64,000 nt of DNA, taken from assembly GCA_031414535.1 (NCBI GenBank), contig JANNVQ010000049.1, forward strand, positions 1 through 64,000, given 5' to 3'. Source of the DNA: Gemmatimonas sp. (GTDB lineage Bacteria; Gemmatimonadota; Gemmatimonadetes; Gemmatimonadales; Gemmatimonadaceae). The notes below the pieces were generated by a model that was given only the letters and a program-made list of their open reading frames with translations, searched no databases and was not told the origin of the DNA. The stretch's first letter is position 1, and every line of letters starts with the position of its first letter. Positions 10,169-21,232 of this stretch are shown here, in pieces. Both the position numbers and the translations under genes were made by a program.

Positions 10169-12861
10169 GCGTTCCCGACCGGCTCGTCGCTGCACTAGCT
10201 GACCGTTACCGCCTTGACCGAGAGCTCGGTCAGGGCGGTATGGCTACTGTGTACTTGGCTCAAGACCTGAAGCACGACCGCAAGGTTGCTGTCAAAGTCT
10301 TAAAGCCAGAACTGGCGGCGGTGCTCGGCGCTGAACGCTTCGTGGTCGAGATCAAGACCACTGCTGCCTTGCAACATCCGCATATCCTCCCGCTCTTCGA
10401 TTCCGGTACGGCGGATGGCTTCCTCTTTTACGTCATGCCCTTCATTCAGGGCGAGACCCTGCGTGACAAGCTCAATCGCGAGACGCAGCTCGGCGTGGAC
10501 GAGGCCGTGCGCGTCACGCGCGAGATTGCCGACGCGCTGCACTACGCGCACACGCAGGGCGTGATCCATCGCGACATCAAGCCAGAGAACATCCTGCTTG
10601 CTAACGGGCGTCCGATGGTCGCGGACTTCGGCATCGCGCTCGCGGTCAGTGCTGCGGCGGGCGGGCGGATGACGGAGACGGGCTTAAGCCTCGGCACGCC
10701 GCACTATATGTCGCCCGAGCAGGCGACCGCCGAGAAGGACATCACGGGACGCAGCGACGTGTACTCGCTCGCGAGTGTGTGCTACGAGATGCTCACGGGC
10801 AATCCGCCGCACGTGGGGTCGAGCGCGCAGCAGATCATTATGAAGATCATCACCGAGCAGCCGCAGTCGGTGACGGTGTATCGCAAGAGTGTGCCTTCAA
10901 ACGTGGCCGCGGCGGTGGCAAAGGCTTTGGAGAAGCTGCCAGCGGATCGCTTTGAGACTGCTGCACAGTTTGCGGAAGCGCTGGCGAACACCTCGTTCAC
11001 GACGATGACCTCGAGCTACGCGCCGGAGATGGGTGCGCGTAGGTCATCGCGTGGGGCCTTGCTCGTGACGAGCGCTGTTGCGGTCATCGCAACGGCGTTG
11101 GCGTCTTGGCTCGCATTGCGTCCGCTGCCTGAGCAAGCCGTCATCCGTTACCAGCTCGCGCTGCCGGATTCGCAGATGCCGGTCACAGGTGCGGGAGCTC
11201 CATTACTGGCGGCGGACGGCTCCTTCATTGTCTATCGCGGACCGGTATCCGACGAGGCTACGGCCTCGCAATTCTGGATCAAGTATCGCAACGCACGCGA
11301 AGCGACGCCCATCTCAGGCACGCGCGATGCCGGCGAGTTCGCTGCGATCTCACCTGACGGCAAGCGCCTCGCCTACGATTACGGAGGTCAGCTTCGCACC
11401 GTGGAGGTAACCGGCGGTACACCCGTCACGCTCACGGGGCCGCTGGTTGCGCCTTTTGGCATCACCTGGTTGGACAATGACCGCATTGCGTACACCGCTG
11501 GAATAACCGCCAGTGCAACCGCATTAGACGTCTTTGTGATTCCTGCGGGCGGGGGTGTGGGAGTACCCTTGGGCCTCCAAACAGATACGCGCGTGGCGGC
11601 GATGCCGGAGGCAATTCGCGGGCGCGACGCCCTGTTCTACCTTTTGTGCGTCAGCCCCACCGAGTGCAACCTGCACGTGTTCGACTTCCGCGATAGTACA
11701 TCCAAGCAAATTGTCGCGGACTCGCGCTACGGTGGCTATGCCGCCAGTGGCCACCTACTCTTCGAACGCGGCGGCTCGCTGCTTGCTTCCCGGTTTGACG
11801 CAAAGTCACTCGAACTGCGCGGCGACCCAGTGGTGCTCGTGGAGAGAAGCGCGGCCTCCGGACAGCTCGTGCGGCCGTGGGCAATCGCGCAAGAGGGGAC
11901 ATTTGCGGAGTTCAGTGGCAGCAGCTCCGCGGGCTTCGCACCGCAGGAGCTTGTGTGGGTTGATCGCAACGGACGCCAGGAGCTGGTTGATCCCGAGATG
12001 GCACCGGTTCAAATGACTCTCTCGGGGGCAAACCACGGCTGGGCCTTGTCACCTGACGGCACGCGCCTCGCCATCGGGCTCTACACGCCGGCCGGCGACG
12101 ACATCTGGGTGAAGCAGCTGCCGCGCGGGGCGCTCACGCGAGTGTCCTTTGGGCAGACTTCCGAGTTTCGACCCAAGTGGATGCCAGATGGTCGCTCGAT
12201 AGCCTTCACCACCGCGGCGGACGTGCGTATTCGCCGCGCCGACGGGACGGGTCGCGATTCTGTTCTTATAGTTTGGCCCGCGAACGAAATGCATTTCTCA
12301 CCCGATGGCGCTTGGTTCGTGAGCCGCTCAGGTGCCGGCGGATCTGTTGTTGGAGGGCGCGATCTCTTTGCAATGCGCTTGGGTGTGGACAGCCTGCCCC
12401 TCCCCCTGCTCGCTTCACCGAACCACGACGAGACTGCCGTTTCGCTTTCCCCTGACGGGCGCTGGATGCTGTATCAATCCGACGAGTCGGGCCGCAATGA
12501 GATTTACGTCCGGCCGTTTCCTGATGTCGATCGCTTGCGCGTGCAGATCTCCGTGAGCGGTGGCGAAGCCCCGCTTTGGGCGCGCAACGGTCGCGAGGTC
12601 TTCTTCCTCTCCACCGATCGCCAGATGATGGCCGCGAGCTTCACGCCATCGAATGCGCCCACGGCGGGAACGCCGCTCGCCCTCTTTTCAGTGTCACGCG
12701 AATTGCTCAGCGTTGAGACGGCTTTTTCCACTCCTTGGGACGTGGCCGCCGATGGTCGCTTCCTGATGTCGAGGCTCGTCGCGTCCGAACGGGCGTCGGG
12801 TTCCGTTCTCGTGATTACCCACAACCTGTTCACGGAACTGCGCGCGCGTTTGCCGCAGTAA
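10165..12861 (+). CDS. Hanks-type Ser/Thr protein kinase with TM segment and TolB/PD40-like beta-propeller
   Basis: [33 protein letters not shown]; repeated SPDG blades. Confidence 0.93.
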   Translation: MSVPDRLVAALADRYRLDRELGQGGMATVYLAQDLKHDRKVAVKVLKPELAAVLGAERFVVEIKTTAALQHPHILPLFDSGTADGFLFYVMPFIQGETLRDKLNRETQLGVDEAVRVTREIADALHYAHTQGVIHRDIKPENILLANGRPMVADFGIALAVSAAAGGRMTETGLSLGTPHYMSPEQATAEKDITGRSDVYSLASVCYEMLTGNPPHVGSSAQQIIMKIITEQPQSVTVYRKSVPSNVAAAVAKALEKLPADRFETAAQFAEALANTSFTTMTSSYAPEMGARRSSRGALLVTSAVAVIATALASWLALRPLPEQAVIRYQLALPDSQMPVTGAGAPLLAADGSFIVYRGPVSDEATASQFWIKYRNAREATPISGTRDAGEFAAISPDGKRLAYDYGGQLRTVEVTGGTPVTLTGPLVAPFGITWLDNDRIAYTAGITASATALDVFVIPAGGGVGVPLGLQTDTRVAAMPEAIRGRDALFYLLCVSPTECNLHVFDFRDSTSKQIVADSRYGGYAASGHLLFERGGSLLASRFDAKSLELRGDPVVLVERSAASGQLVRPWAIAQEGTFAEFSGSSSAGFAPQELVWVDRNGRQELVDPEMAPVQMTLSGANHGWALSPDGTRLAIGLYTPAGDDIWVKQLPRGALTRVSFGQTSEFRPKWMPDGRSIAFTTAADVRIRRADGTGRDSVLIVWPANEMHFSPDGAWFVSRSGAGGSVVGGRDLFAMRLGVDSLPLPLLASPNHDETAVSLSPDGRWMLYQSDESGRNEIYVRPFPDVDRLRVQISVSGGEAPLWARNGREVFFLSTDRQMMAASFTPSNAPTAGTPLALFSVSRELLSVETAFSTPWDVAADGRFLMSRLVASERASGSVLVITHNLFTELRARLPQ

Positions 12862-12870
12862 CGCCGTCAG

Positions 12871-14334
12871 TTACTCCAGCGCCCTCGCCTCACGCGCCAA
12901 CGCCACCAGCACCCAGTACGGTGGCGGATAACCCTGCGCTTTGCGCCAAGCACTCGCGCGGCGCAGGACATCCGCACTGAGCGCGTCGTGCCGCGCGTTA
13001 TAACTGCGGTTCCGCAATGCAGCCGCTGGCGACATTCCCTCGGGAATTGGCCCCACACCGCCCGTGCGCTCACGAATCAGGCTCCAGACCTTCATCAGGC
13101 GCGCAATCGGTAGCTCGTACCACGCATAGCCGAGCTTATCGCCGCGATCCGCAGCTTCAAGCATCGCATCAGTGACCGCATTGTCTACGTGATCCTCAAA
13201 GAGCGCTGTTGGATCGCGCCACTCCGCAACCACAGCGAGCTGCGGATCGTACTCAAGATCACTCGGCTCCTGCGTCTCAAAGTTCTCAACGCCAAACGAG
13301 CCCAGCCACTGCCGCAGTCCAGGCCGTGAAATCGTGGACATTCCCATCCACAGCGTCAACCCTTCGGCACGATATGCTTGTGATGCGACCTCAGAACAGA
13401 ACAGCTTCGCCGGATCTGCATAATCCATCGCGAAGTCGTAGGGGATATGCTCGCGTTGCGCGCGCTCGAGCATGGCCCGCGCGGCTTTGTGTGGCAGTTG
13501 TGGGTCGGCCACGAGTGCCGGAAGATCTGCGCGGGGCCGCAACACCATCACGCGCAGCTTCTTGTCCGCGAGGTATCCCTCGGCTGTCGTAACCGCGACG
13601 CCAAGCTCAATGTGCGCCTCAATCACCGACACCGCGCGCGACTCGGCATCAATGTGCACCAGCGCAATGTGCGAGAAGTTGCCCGGGTGGTCGATACCGC
13701 GCGCAATGAGCGCCGACGTCGGATAGCCGCCGCGTGAAACGAGGATGTCGCCCGAATGCAGTGTCACGCCCTGCACCACGGCGCTCGGCGTCATGGACGC
13801 AACGTCCGTACCCATCACGAGCGCGCCGACGGCCTCGGGCTGCTGCAGCATCACTTCTTCCACCGCAGCACGTCCGCCGTAGAGCGCGCGGTACAAGGCG
13901 TCGCGCGTTGTGCGCTCACGAGGATCCCAAGCCACCGACGCACGCTTCGCGGCCTCACGCCACGCCACCTGCGCGGCTACGTAGCGCGGGACCAAAGGGG
14001 CACAGGCAGCAACGCGCGGAGCCAGCTCAAAGAAGCGTTGACCCACGGAATCAAGCGTCACAGCCTGAGGCTGCTGCAGCGCGCCCACGTTCCGCTCAAA
14101 TGCGGCCAACTCAGTGGCAGTCGCTGTCGAATCGGAGCAAGCCAAAGCACGCGCCGAGTCGAATCGCGACTCGAGTGCAGACCAGAGCGAATCGTTCGCC
14201 CACACAAACGGACTTCCGCCCACTGGTGCGGCCTGAATCGCAGGATTCGCCGCCGGCATCGAAAGCCCCACGGCCAAGCCCAGGAGGCCCGCTAAACCGA
14301 CAACACGGCGACCGAACGTACGCGGAGATTTCAT
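12871..14334 (-). CDS. Permuted papain-like NlpC/P60 (YiiX/YebB-like) amidase with signal/TM segment
   Basis: GDILVSRG, FSHIAL, IPYDF, LFCSEV (His precedes Cys). Confidence 0.8.
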   Translation of the reverse strand: MKSPRTFGRRVVGLAGLLGLAVGLSMPAANPAIQAAPVGGSPFVWANDSLWSALESRFDSARALACSDSTATATELAAFERNVGALQQPQAVTLDSVGQRFFELAPRVAACAPLVPRYVAAQVAWREAAKRASVAWDPRERTTRDALYRALYGGRAAVEEVMLQQPEAVGALVMGTDVASMTPSAVVQGVTLHSGDILVSRGGYPTSALIARGIDHPGNFSHIALVHIDAESRAVSVIEAHIELGVAVTTAEGYLADKKLRVMVLRPRADLPALVADPQLPHKAARAMLERAQREHIPYDFAMDYADPAKLFCSEVASQAYRAEGLTLWMGMSTISRPGLRQWLGSFGVENFETQEPSDLEYDPQLAVVAEWRDPTALFEDHVDNAVTDAMLEAADRGDKLGYAWYELPIARLMKVWSLIRERTGGVGPIPEGMSPAAALRNRSYNARHDALSADVLRRASAWRKAQGYPPPYWVLVALAREARALE

Positions 14335-14343
14335 CGCAAAAAA

Positions 14344-16974
14344 CTACGGCTTCAACGCAGTTACCTGCTCAATCACCACCATCTGCGCCCGCGTCGCTCC
14401 ACCGGCTCGGCGCACCATCATAAAACGCTGTCCGTCCGGGGTCACGTCATAATTGCGCCGCGAGACTGCCCGCGCCGACAAGTCCCCCGCGACGAACAAC
14501 ACCTGCGCATCGCCGGCGGCAAACGACTCTCCAGTCGTAACCCTCACCGCCACCATATTGCCGCGCAGGTCCAGGAAGAAGAGCTCGTCGCCGCGAGCCG
14601 ACCACACGGGCGCGAGCCCACCAGCGCTACTCAGCTGCCACTTACGATCGCCAGGTTCCGGGAACGGCACCACGTACACCTCGAGCCTTCCACTCTCGTT
14701 CGAGACATAGGCCAACCAGCGACCATCGCGCGACACCGTCGGCGAGTATTCCGACCGCGGGCTAGCAACTGTCGGGATTGCCTCGCGATCCACCCCAGGT
14801 CGGTAGCGCAACACGTCGCCCGCACCAGCCGCCGGAGTCGTGGTGCGTACCACCAACCACCCACCGACAGACGACCAGGTCTGCTCCGAGATCGGGCGAT
14901 CCGTCGTGAGGATGGTCTCCGTCGCGGCACCGCCCTCCAGTGAGCGACGCGACACGCGCCCCACGCCGTCTGACGACGTCGAGAAACTGATGCTGCGACC
15001 GTCCGGTGACCAGGCCGGTTCCTCGTGCTGCCCCGTGCCCAGCGTGTGTCGTCGGGGCGCGCCCGAGGCAATCGGCTTGAGCCACACGTGAGAGCCCTCG
15101 CCATCTCGTAAGGTGACCGCGAGCGTACGTCCATCCGGTGAGATGCGCGGCGATGCGAACCCAGCGCGCCACGTCGAATCCACCGCTGTGCGGACGCCCT
15201 GCCGCGAAATCCAGACGAGTTCACGCTCGGTCTCCGCGGCCTCCTCGGAATAAACGACCGTACCACCCTCGGACACCGCGAAGTCCACGGGTCCGATCAT
15301 TGTCTGAGGGATTCCGCGGCCGAGAAGCACAGGCTCGCCGCGCACTTCTCCTGCACCGAGATTGAAACCGACCTTCCAGATTTGACCGTCATTGTCTGTG
15401 TAGACCAAGTGTCCACTCGACAGATACCGCGCCCGCACTCCCGTCATCAGTTCCCGATGCGGCTTTCCGGGCCCCTCGCTTATCCCGATCGTAAAGCGCC
15501 CATCGCGGTACTGCTTCTGGAAGAGCACGCCACGCCCCCCGGGCAGCACAGTTGGCAGAGCGTGCGACAGCTCGTTCCCCGCGGTATCGAGCTGCGTCAA
15601 GAGCTCGGGCTGCATTCCGCCGCGCTCGGCGACGCGCGCGATGACGGACGGTTGGTACACATCAACATACACGAACCCATCGTCACCCCACGAACACGAC
15701 ACTGGCCCGGCAAGGTTGGAGATGAGCACCTCGGGCGCACCGCCCGCCAGCGAGACCGTGGCGAGTCGCCCGTTGCTGAAGAAGGCCACGCGTCCGCCAT
15801 CCGGTGAGAAGCAGGGGGCCTGCGCGCCAACCGTTCCACCAATCGGCTGGAAGTCCAGCGCATCACGATCGCGACGAAGCAACGGGCCACCCGGACCGCT
15901 CGCGCGCACGATGGTGCGGCCATCCGGCGATACGGCGATGTTGCCCGTCCAGTCGCGCATATCCACCACAGAATCCGCCGTGAGGCGATACCGCAGGAGC
16001 GTGGACTCCGGCGCGCTCGGACGCATCCATCCAACCACGGCAATCACCGCGGTGACAACAAGTGCCACGCCAACCGCCACTACACGCCACTCGCTCCGAG
16101 CCGGCACCGCGCGCGCACCCGTGCGCAGCCCCGTCATCGTTCCGCTCGCGTTCAACGCAGCCGCAAACTCCTTAGCGCTCCCAAACCGATCCGCCGGCAA
16201 CTTCTCCAGCGCCCGGAACACCGCCTCTTCCGCCGCCGCCGGCACGGCCTTTCGTTGCGCGCTGAGCGAGCGCGGTTGCTCGCTCAACACACGCGCCACA
16301 ATCGCCTGCACGCTCGGCCCCGTGAACGGCGCCTCGCCCGCCAACATCTCGTAGGTCACCGCACCCAAGGCATAGATGTCCGAGCGCGCATCAATGTTGC
16401 GCTCGCCCATCGCCTGCTCAGGACTCATATACTGCGGCGTGCCGAGCGAGAGCCCCGTCTGCGTCATCCGCTCGCCACCCGCACTCTGCACCGCCAGCGC
16501 GATGCCAAAGTCCGCCACCAAGGCGTGCCCGTCCTGCAGCAGGATGTTCTCAGGCTTGATGTCGCGGTGGATGATGCCCTTGGCGTGGGCGTGTGCCAGC
16601 GCGTCCGCCACTTCGCTGGCGATGAGCAGCGCATCGGCAATCGGCAGCTGCCGTTCACGCTCGAGCCGCGCCCGCAGGGTCTCACCCGTGACGAGGGGCA
16701 TCACATAGTAGAGCAGCCCGCCGGCCTCGCCGCTTTCGAGAAGGGGGAGGATGTGCGGGTGCTGCAGTCTCGCCGTGGTCTTGATCTCGCTTAAGAACCG
16801 CTCGCCGCCGAGGACCGCTGCTAACTCGGCGTGCAGAACCTTGATGGCCACCTCGCGCTCGTGGCGGAGGTCCTGGGCGAGGTACACCGTTGCCATGCCG
16901 CCACGCCCGAGCTCGCGCTCAAGGCGATATCGGTCGGCAAGTGCGCTGGCGAGGGACTTGGGGAGGTCGGACAT
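14344..16974 (-). CDS. Hanks-type Ser/Thr protein kinase with TM segment and TolB/PD40-like beta-propeller
   Basis: [33 protein letters not shown] repeats; paralog of 10165..12861. Confidence 0.93.
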   Translation of the reverse strand: MSDLPKSLASALADRYRLERELGRGGMATVYLAQDLRHEREVAIKVLHAELAAVLGGERFLSEIKTTARLQHPHILPLLESGEAGGLLYYVMPLVTGETLRARLERERQLPIADALLIASEVADALAHAHAKGIIHRDIKPENILLQDGHALVADFGIALAVQSAGGERMTQTGLSLGTPQYMSPEQAMGERNIDARSDIYALGAVTYEMLAGEAPFTGPSVQAIVARVLSEQPRSLSAQRKAVPAAAEEAVFRALEKLPADRFGSAKEFAAALNASGTMTGLRTGARAVPARSEWRVVAVGVALVVTAVIAVVGWMRPSAPESTLLRYRLTADSVVDMRDWTGNIAVSPDGRTIVRASGPGGPLLRRDRDALDFQPIGGTVGAQAPCFSPDGGRVAFFSNGRLATVSLAGGAPEVLISNLAGPVSCSWGDDGFVYVDVYQPSVIARVAERGGMQPELLTQLDTAGNELSHALPTVLPGGRGVLFQKQYRDGRFTIGISEGPGKPHRELMTGVRARYLSSGHLVYTDNDGQIWKVGFNLGAGEVRGEPVLLGRGIPQTMIGPVDFAVSEGGTVVYSEEAAETERELVWISRQGVRTAVDSTWRAGFASPRISPDGRTLAVTLRDGEGSHVWLKPIASGAPRRHTLGTGQHEEPAWSPDGRSISFSTSSDGVGRVSRRSLEGGAATETILTTDRPISEQTWSSVGGWLVVRTTTPAAGAGDVLRYRPGVDREAIPTVASPRSEYSPTVSRDGRWLAYVSNESGRLEVYVVPFPEPGDRKWQLSSAGGLAPVWSARGDELFFLDLRGNMVAVRVTTGESFAAGDAQVLFVAGDLSARAVSRRNYDVTPDGQRFMMVRRAGGATRAQMVVIEQVTALKP

Positions 16975-17160
16975 CGGAATGAGACGGGGGAGGGGTGTCT
17001 GACGCGATGGAACTTACGCCCGAGCGGCCCAGCACGCCCAGTCATGCTGAAGTCAAAGCCCGTCTGGGAGAGGATTTTTGCCCCCTCATCGGGTAGTTTT
17101 CTAGGTACGCTAAAGGAACAGCGTCCCCAGCCCGAGCATTTACGATGTATGAGCCTCGCA

Positions 17161-17505
17161 ATGACTGACCCCATGACATCTTCCGACCGCCAGGCGCGCT
17201 CCCTCGCGATGACGCGCGCCGAGAAGCTTGATGCACTTGAAGCCGAGATCCACGCCCGTACCCCGCGCGCCTCGGCCCGTCTTCACATCTCGCTGTCCAA
17301 CCCGCCCATCCGCACTGCTTACCAAACCCAGATGCGCATCGCGGGCAACCGCGATGATGTGTTGGACTTCATCGCCTCGCTGTACGAAGAGGTGAAGGGT
17401 ATGGTGCGTCCTGATGGAACGCTGCCACTCACCGTGCAGGCCATCGAGAGCGAGAGCACCGAGCACATCCAGCTCCTCCTCGCGCGCGATCTCTACGAAG
17501 GGTGA
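17161..17505 (+). CDS. Hypothetical protein (about 110 aa)
   Basis: Host-like codon usage from ATG 17149/17161/17173; the upstream part of the tracked ORF overlaps the kinase in antisense. Confidence 0.6.
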   Translation: MTDPMTSSDRQARSLAMTRAEKLDALEAEIHARTPRASARLHISLSNPPIRTAYQTQMRIAGNRDDVLDFIASLYEEVKGMVRPDGTLPLTVQAIESESTEHIQLLLARDLYEG

Positions 17506-17515
17506 ATTGAACTGC

Positions 17516-17716
17516 AACTGCGGTTCACCACGGAGACACAGAGGCTCGGAGAACTGCAGTAGCAAGCAAGAACTTAGGGGGCTCGCATCGACAGATCGAT
17601 GCGGGCCCCCTCTCTGCAGTTGCAGTTCCCCCAGCTGTTGCCGTTGTCGTGTCTGTTGCCGTTGTCGTGTCCGTTGCAGTCTCCGAGCCTCCGTGCCTCC
17701 GTGGTGAATAGCAGTT
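17516..17716. repeat. Long palindromic intergenic element (REP/MITE-like), copy 2
   Basis: Inverted arms TTCACCACGGAGACACAGAGGCTCGGAGA / TCTCCGAGCCTCCGTGCCTCCGTGGTGAA; internal hairpin 17577-17610; same architecture as 666-826. Confidence 0.85.
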
Positions 17717-17717
17717 A

Positions 17718-17760
17718 AACCCGCGAGCCCGACGCAAGAGTTTGCGCCGGGCTCGTGGGT
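17718..17760 (-). terminator. Terminator hairpin of the puf operon
   Basis: ACCCGCGAGCCCGACGCAA / TTGCGCCGGGCTCGTGGGT stem just downstream of the pufC stop; only a short T-run follows. Confidence 0.65.
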
Positions 17761-17781
17761 CGTCCTTGGAGTTGGAGAGCC

Positions 17782-18840
17782 TTACCGCGGCATCCCAGTA
17801 CCAGTCGAATCAGTCATGCTGGCTGCGGTATCAGGCATCATCATCGCAGCCGGCGGCGCCGTGAACTGCGCACGCGGCGGCGTATCCCAATCCGTCTTGC
17901 CACCCCACAGCGCAGGGTAATGACGCGCCATCGGGAGCCCGTAGAGCGGCTTGTACACCCCGTTGTGGCAGGTTGAGCACTGCGCCTTCGGTGCGTCGCC
18001 CATCGGCCCAAGGCGCGACGGATGATACACAGGAGCCAACGGTGACAGATACTCGGTGTTGAGCTGACGAATCATCTGCAGACCCGCGTACGCCGTCACG
18101 CGCTGCGGCGGCGACTGTTCCCAGCTCGCGAACTGACGCGAGTTGTGGCAGAACGTGCAGTTCACGCCAAGGCCCGTGGACATGTTGATCATCACGGAGT
18201 ACACCCACTCGGTCTGCTTCACGCTCGAGCGGTTCGCCGGGCTCGGCCCCACCGTGCGCGACACCACGCGTGCTGCCGTGTTGTCGAGGTAGTGGCGCAG
18301 CGCCTGGGTCTCATTGGTGTAGAACCACAGCCCGTTCGGCAGCGGCTTCCCCATATGACAGGTGTAGCAGGTCACGCCCGTGTTGGCGACGTGATCACTC
18401 CAATTGGCGTTAATGTTGCGCGTCATCTGAATCATCCGACGCGCCACCGCCTTGGTGTAGATCTGCGTGCCGTCCGGATACGAATCCGAGGCGAAGTTCG
18501 CCAGGTTGTGGCAGTAGCCGCAGTTGCCGGCTCCACCGCCCACCCACTGCGAGAACGAGACCATCGTGCGGTTGAATTCCGCTACGCTGATGTCGCCGAG
18601 CACTTGGACGTTCTGCCACTGCGGCGCGGGCCCACCTTCGGGCGCCGGCGGCAGCATGGCGGGCATCTGGCGTTGCAGGTCAGCCATCGACGTCTGCACG
18701 TCACGCGCCACGTAATTGATTTCCATAGCTGTTCCGCGCTGCCCCTTCTGCACGATGGCGCGGTCTTCGCTCTTGAGGAACTGGCATCCAGAGGCGAGGA
18801 GCACCACGCCCGCGAGTGCCGTAAGTCGGAAGGTCTGCAT
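17782..18840 (-). CDS. pufC: Photosynthetic reaction centre tetraheme cytochrome c subunit
   Basis: Lipobox LASGC; four CxxCH motifs (CGYCH, CYTCH, CTFCH, CSTCH); QRGTAM motif; TAATG coupling to pufM. Confidence 0.97.
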   Translation of the reverse strand: MQTFRLTALAGVVLLASGCQFLKSEDRAIVQKGQRGTAMEINYVARDVQTSMADLQRQMPAMLPPAPEGGPAPQWQNVQVLGDISVAEFNRTMVSFSQWVGGGAGNCGYCHNLANFASDSYPDGTQIYTKAVARRMIQMTRNINANWSDHVANTGVTCYTCHMGKPLPNGLWFYTNETQALRHYLDNTAARVVSRTVGPSPANRSSVKQTEWVYSVMINMSTGLGVNCTFCHNSRQFASWEQSPPQRVTAYAGLQMIRQLNTEYLSPLAPVYHPSRLGPMGDAPKAQCSTCHNGVYKPLYGLPMARHYPALWGGKTDWDTPPRAQFTAPPAAMMMPDTAASMTDSTGTGMPR

Positions 18841-19922
18841 TACGGAGTCCCTCCCGCCGGAGCGGTCGAGGTGGTGGCAGGCATCGAATCCATCGGTGCT
18901 GCCGGGGCCGGCACGACGTAAGTCGGGAATCCGCCGCGCAGCGAGCCCATATACTGGCCACGCAGGTTTTCCAGCTGCTCAGGCGTCAGCTTGTTCTGCG
19001 CCTCGTATTGCGGCGCCACCCCATGCTTCACCGCCCAGAGGTACCAGTTGTCCACCACCGTTCCGGTGAGCAGGATGCCAATGCCACCCGTGAAGGTCGT
19101 CAGCACCGCGAACCACCAAGCCCAACGGTGAATCGATTCCATCGTCGCGTTCCAACCCATCGTCCAGCGCCAGAACAGCGCCGAGCGTTCCGCTGCTGTG
19201 CCGCGATCGGTGATCTGTTCGATCTCGCGCTCACCACCCAAGCGGCTCACCGCGAGAATCGTCGCCGCATGCATCGCAAACAACAGCGCCGATCCGTACA
19301 GGAACACAATCGACAGCGCGTGGAACGGATTGTAGTACAGGTTGCCGTAGCGAATCGAGAATGCGCTCGTCCAATCCAAGTGCGCGAAGATGCCAAACGG
19401 CACCATCTCGCTCCAGCTGCCGATCAGCAACGGCTGGAAGAAGAAGCTCAGGTAGAGGAAGATCGCCGACCCGAATGCCCAGGCGAGGTGCGTGCCCATG
19501 CCCAGCGCGCGAGCGCGGGTGTAGGTGCGGACCCACCAGAGGAGAATGCTGATGGTCAGGAAGAAGCCCGCCATCAGATACCATCCACCTTGGCGCATCG
19601 GCGGGAAGCCAAGCCCAAACTCCGGCGACGGCGGTTCCAATGTCAGCCACGGGAGCTGGCGAATGAACTCGACCGGGCTCCAACCTACCTGCACGAAGAA
19701 GTTCAGTCCGATGATCTCGATGGCAACAAAGCCAAAGAGCAGCGAGGCAATGCCCCATACACCGAGGTAGATAGGGCCGACCTGCGCGTCGCCGAACTTG
19801 CCCAGCCAGTAGGAGAACCCGCCCTTGCCGTAGCGCTGGCCAAAGGTTTCGTCGATGGGCAGTCCCTGGTCCGGCGCATGCCGGATTTGGACGCGGGTAA
19901 AGAGATTCTGGTATTCAAGCAT
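18840..19922 (-). CDS. pufM: Photosynthetic reaction centre M subunit with C-terminal extension
   Basis: [47 protein letters not shown]. Confidence 0.98.
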   Translation of the reverse strand: MLEYQNLFTRVQIRHAPDQGLPIDETFGQRYGKGGFSYWLGKFGDAQVGPIYLGVWGIASLLFGFVAIEIIGLNFFVQVGWSPVEFIRQLPWLTLEPPSPEFGLGFPPMRQGGWYLMAGFFLTISILLWWVRTYTRARALGMGTHLAWAFGSAIFLYLSFFFQPLLIGSWSEMVPFGIFAHLDWTSAFSIRYGNLYYNPFHALSIVFLYGSALLFAMHAATILAVSRLGGEREIEQITDRGTAAERSALFWRWTMGWNATMESIHRWAWWFAVLTTFTGGIGILLTGTVVDNWYLWAVKHGVAPQYEAQNKLTPEQLENLRGQYMGSLRGGFPTYVVPAPAAPMDSMPATTSTAPAGGTP

Positions 19923-19934
19923 GATGAATCTCCG

Positions 19935-20759
19935 TTAGCGCCAAATGGGAAGATTGAGCCACCAGCCCCACCACTCAGGCCATCCCTTCGTCCAGAAGGG
20001 ACCGCTGATGACGATGCAGATGGCACTCCAGATGCCGGCGTTCAGGGCGAGGAACAACCCGAGCCGATGGATGCCGATCGCGCCGATCGAGTAGCCGAGG
20101 AAGTCGCGGAAGAAGACGTTCTCGTGTTCTGACGTCTTCGTGGGCTCACCCTTCTTCGGATTCGTCACCGAAAGAATCAGGGAGCCGTGCATCGCGAGCG
20201 CCAAACACGTCGTGAAGAAGAACGTGATGGCAATCATGTGCGCCGGATTGTAATGGAAGTGCAGGTACTGATACCCGACGTTCGACACCCAATCCAAGTG
20301 GCTGAAGATTCCGTAGGGGAATCCGTGGCCCCAAGCCCCAAGCAGCACGGGGCGAATGATGACAAGAGTGACGTAGGCAAAGACGGCCACCCCGTATGCC
20401 CACGGGATGTGCATCCCCATTCCTAGTTTGCGCGAGATCTCCGCTTGGCGGAGCGCCCAAGACAAGAATGCTCCCGTCGCGCAAAAGGTAATGATCTGCC
20501 AGAGACCGCCCTCAGCCAACGGCGCCATGCCGAGACCGTAGGAAAGATCAGGTGGCGCGATGTTGATCTGCCAAATATTCCATGTCGGCCCCATCGCCGC
20601 TCCGTAGATGATCAGGAGCGTACCGAGAGCCGTGAAGAAGATCGTCGTGACGCCGAAGAACCCGACATAGAAGGGACCGAACCAGAAATCGAACAGGTCC
20701 CCACCAATCAGCGTTCCACCACGTACGCGGTACTTCTTTTCAAAGTCGAGCATCGCCAT
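19935..20759 (-). CDS. pufL: Photosynthetic reaction centre L subunit
   Basis: [15 protein letters not shown] start with [29 protein letters not shown]. Confidence 0.98.
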   Translation of the reverse strand: MAMLDFEKKYRVRGGTLIGGDLFDFWFGPFYVGFFGVTTIFFTALGTLLIIYGAAMGPTWNIWQINIAPPDLSYGLGMAPLAEGGLWQIITFCATGAFLSWALRQAEISRKLGMGMHIPWAYGVAVFAYVTLVIIRPVLLGAWGHGFPYGIFSHLDWVSNVGYQYLHFHYNPAHMIAITFFFTTCLALAMHGSLILSVTNPKKGEPTKTSEHENVFFRDFLGYSIGAIGIHRLGLFLALNAGIWSAICIVISGPFWTKGWPEWWGWWLNLPIWR

Positions 20760-20835
20760 CGCGAAGTTCTCCGAAAAGGGCGTCTGTGCTTGTTGCAACC
20801 GGCAGGCGCGACCGGGTAACGCGACCATCAACTGC

Positions 20836-20950
20836 GGACGGAAGACGGATGACGGAAGGAACTTCATCTTCCCCTTCATCCCTTCTTCCCTTCATCACTC
20901 TCTCTTCAATACTTCGATTTTCTCTTTCGCTCTTCGCTCTTCGTTCTTCT
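20836..20950. repeat. 7-bp periodic tract (GACGGAW units then CTTCnnn units) in the pufA-pufL spacer
   Basis: GGACGGAAGACGGATGACGGAAGG followed by a pyrimidine-rich heptamer array. Confidence 0.65.
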
Positions 20951-20956
20951 GAGTTC

Positions 20957-21003
20957 GGTGGGGGGGATGGAGTCAGATCGCTCCACCCCATCCCCGCGCC
21001 ACC
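20957..21003 (-). promoter_or_regulatory. Stem-loop 3' of pufA (putative mRNA decay barrier or partial terminator)
   Basis: GGTGG..GGGGATGG / CCATCCCC..CCACC inverted repeat at the position of the Rhodobacter pufBA intercistronic hairpin. Confidence 0.55.
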
Positions 21004-21016
21004 AACCCGAGCCTGC

Positions 21017-21232
21017 TTACCGGCCCGCCGGCAGCGGCGCCATCTCGGCGGCGGCCATCGGGGATGAGGCACCCACCGGAGCCGAAGCGGCCGGAAGCGT
21101 CCCATTCTCGATCCAGGAGTACCGATTCGAACTCAGCAGGATGAAGTGAATCACGAGCGCCAGCACCGCGAGGAAGCCCGTCAGGGCTACCATCACGCGA
21201 CGCGGATCAAACATCAACCAAATGCGGTGCAT
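21017..21232 (-). CDS. pufA: Light-harvesting LH1 alpha polypeptide (71 aa, C-terminally extended)
   Basis: [22 protein letters not shown]hl-ligating His, conserved downstream Trp; GGAGA RBS. Confidence 0.95.
   Translation of the reverse strand: MHRIWLMFDPRRVMVALTGFLAVLALVIHFILLSSNRYSWIENGTLPAASAPVGASSPMAAAEMAPLPAGR

Noticed and set aside
16831..17148. Upstream half of the 224-aa tracked ORF
   Set aside because: Antisense to the kinase start and its promoter region; coding-like character begins only near 17149-17173
20760..20879. 40-aa N-terminal extension of PufL in the ORF track
   Set aside because: The canonical [10 protein letters not shown] start at 20759 has its own RBS; the extension runs through repeat DNA
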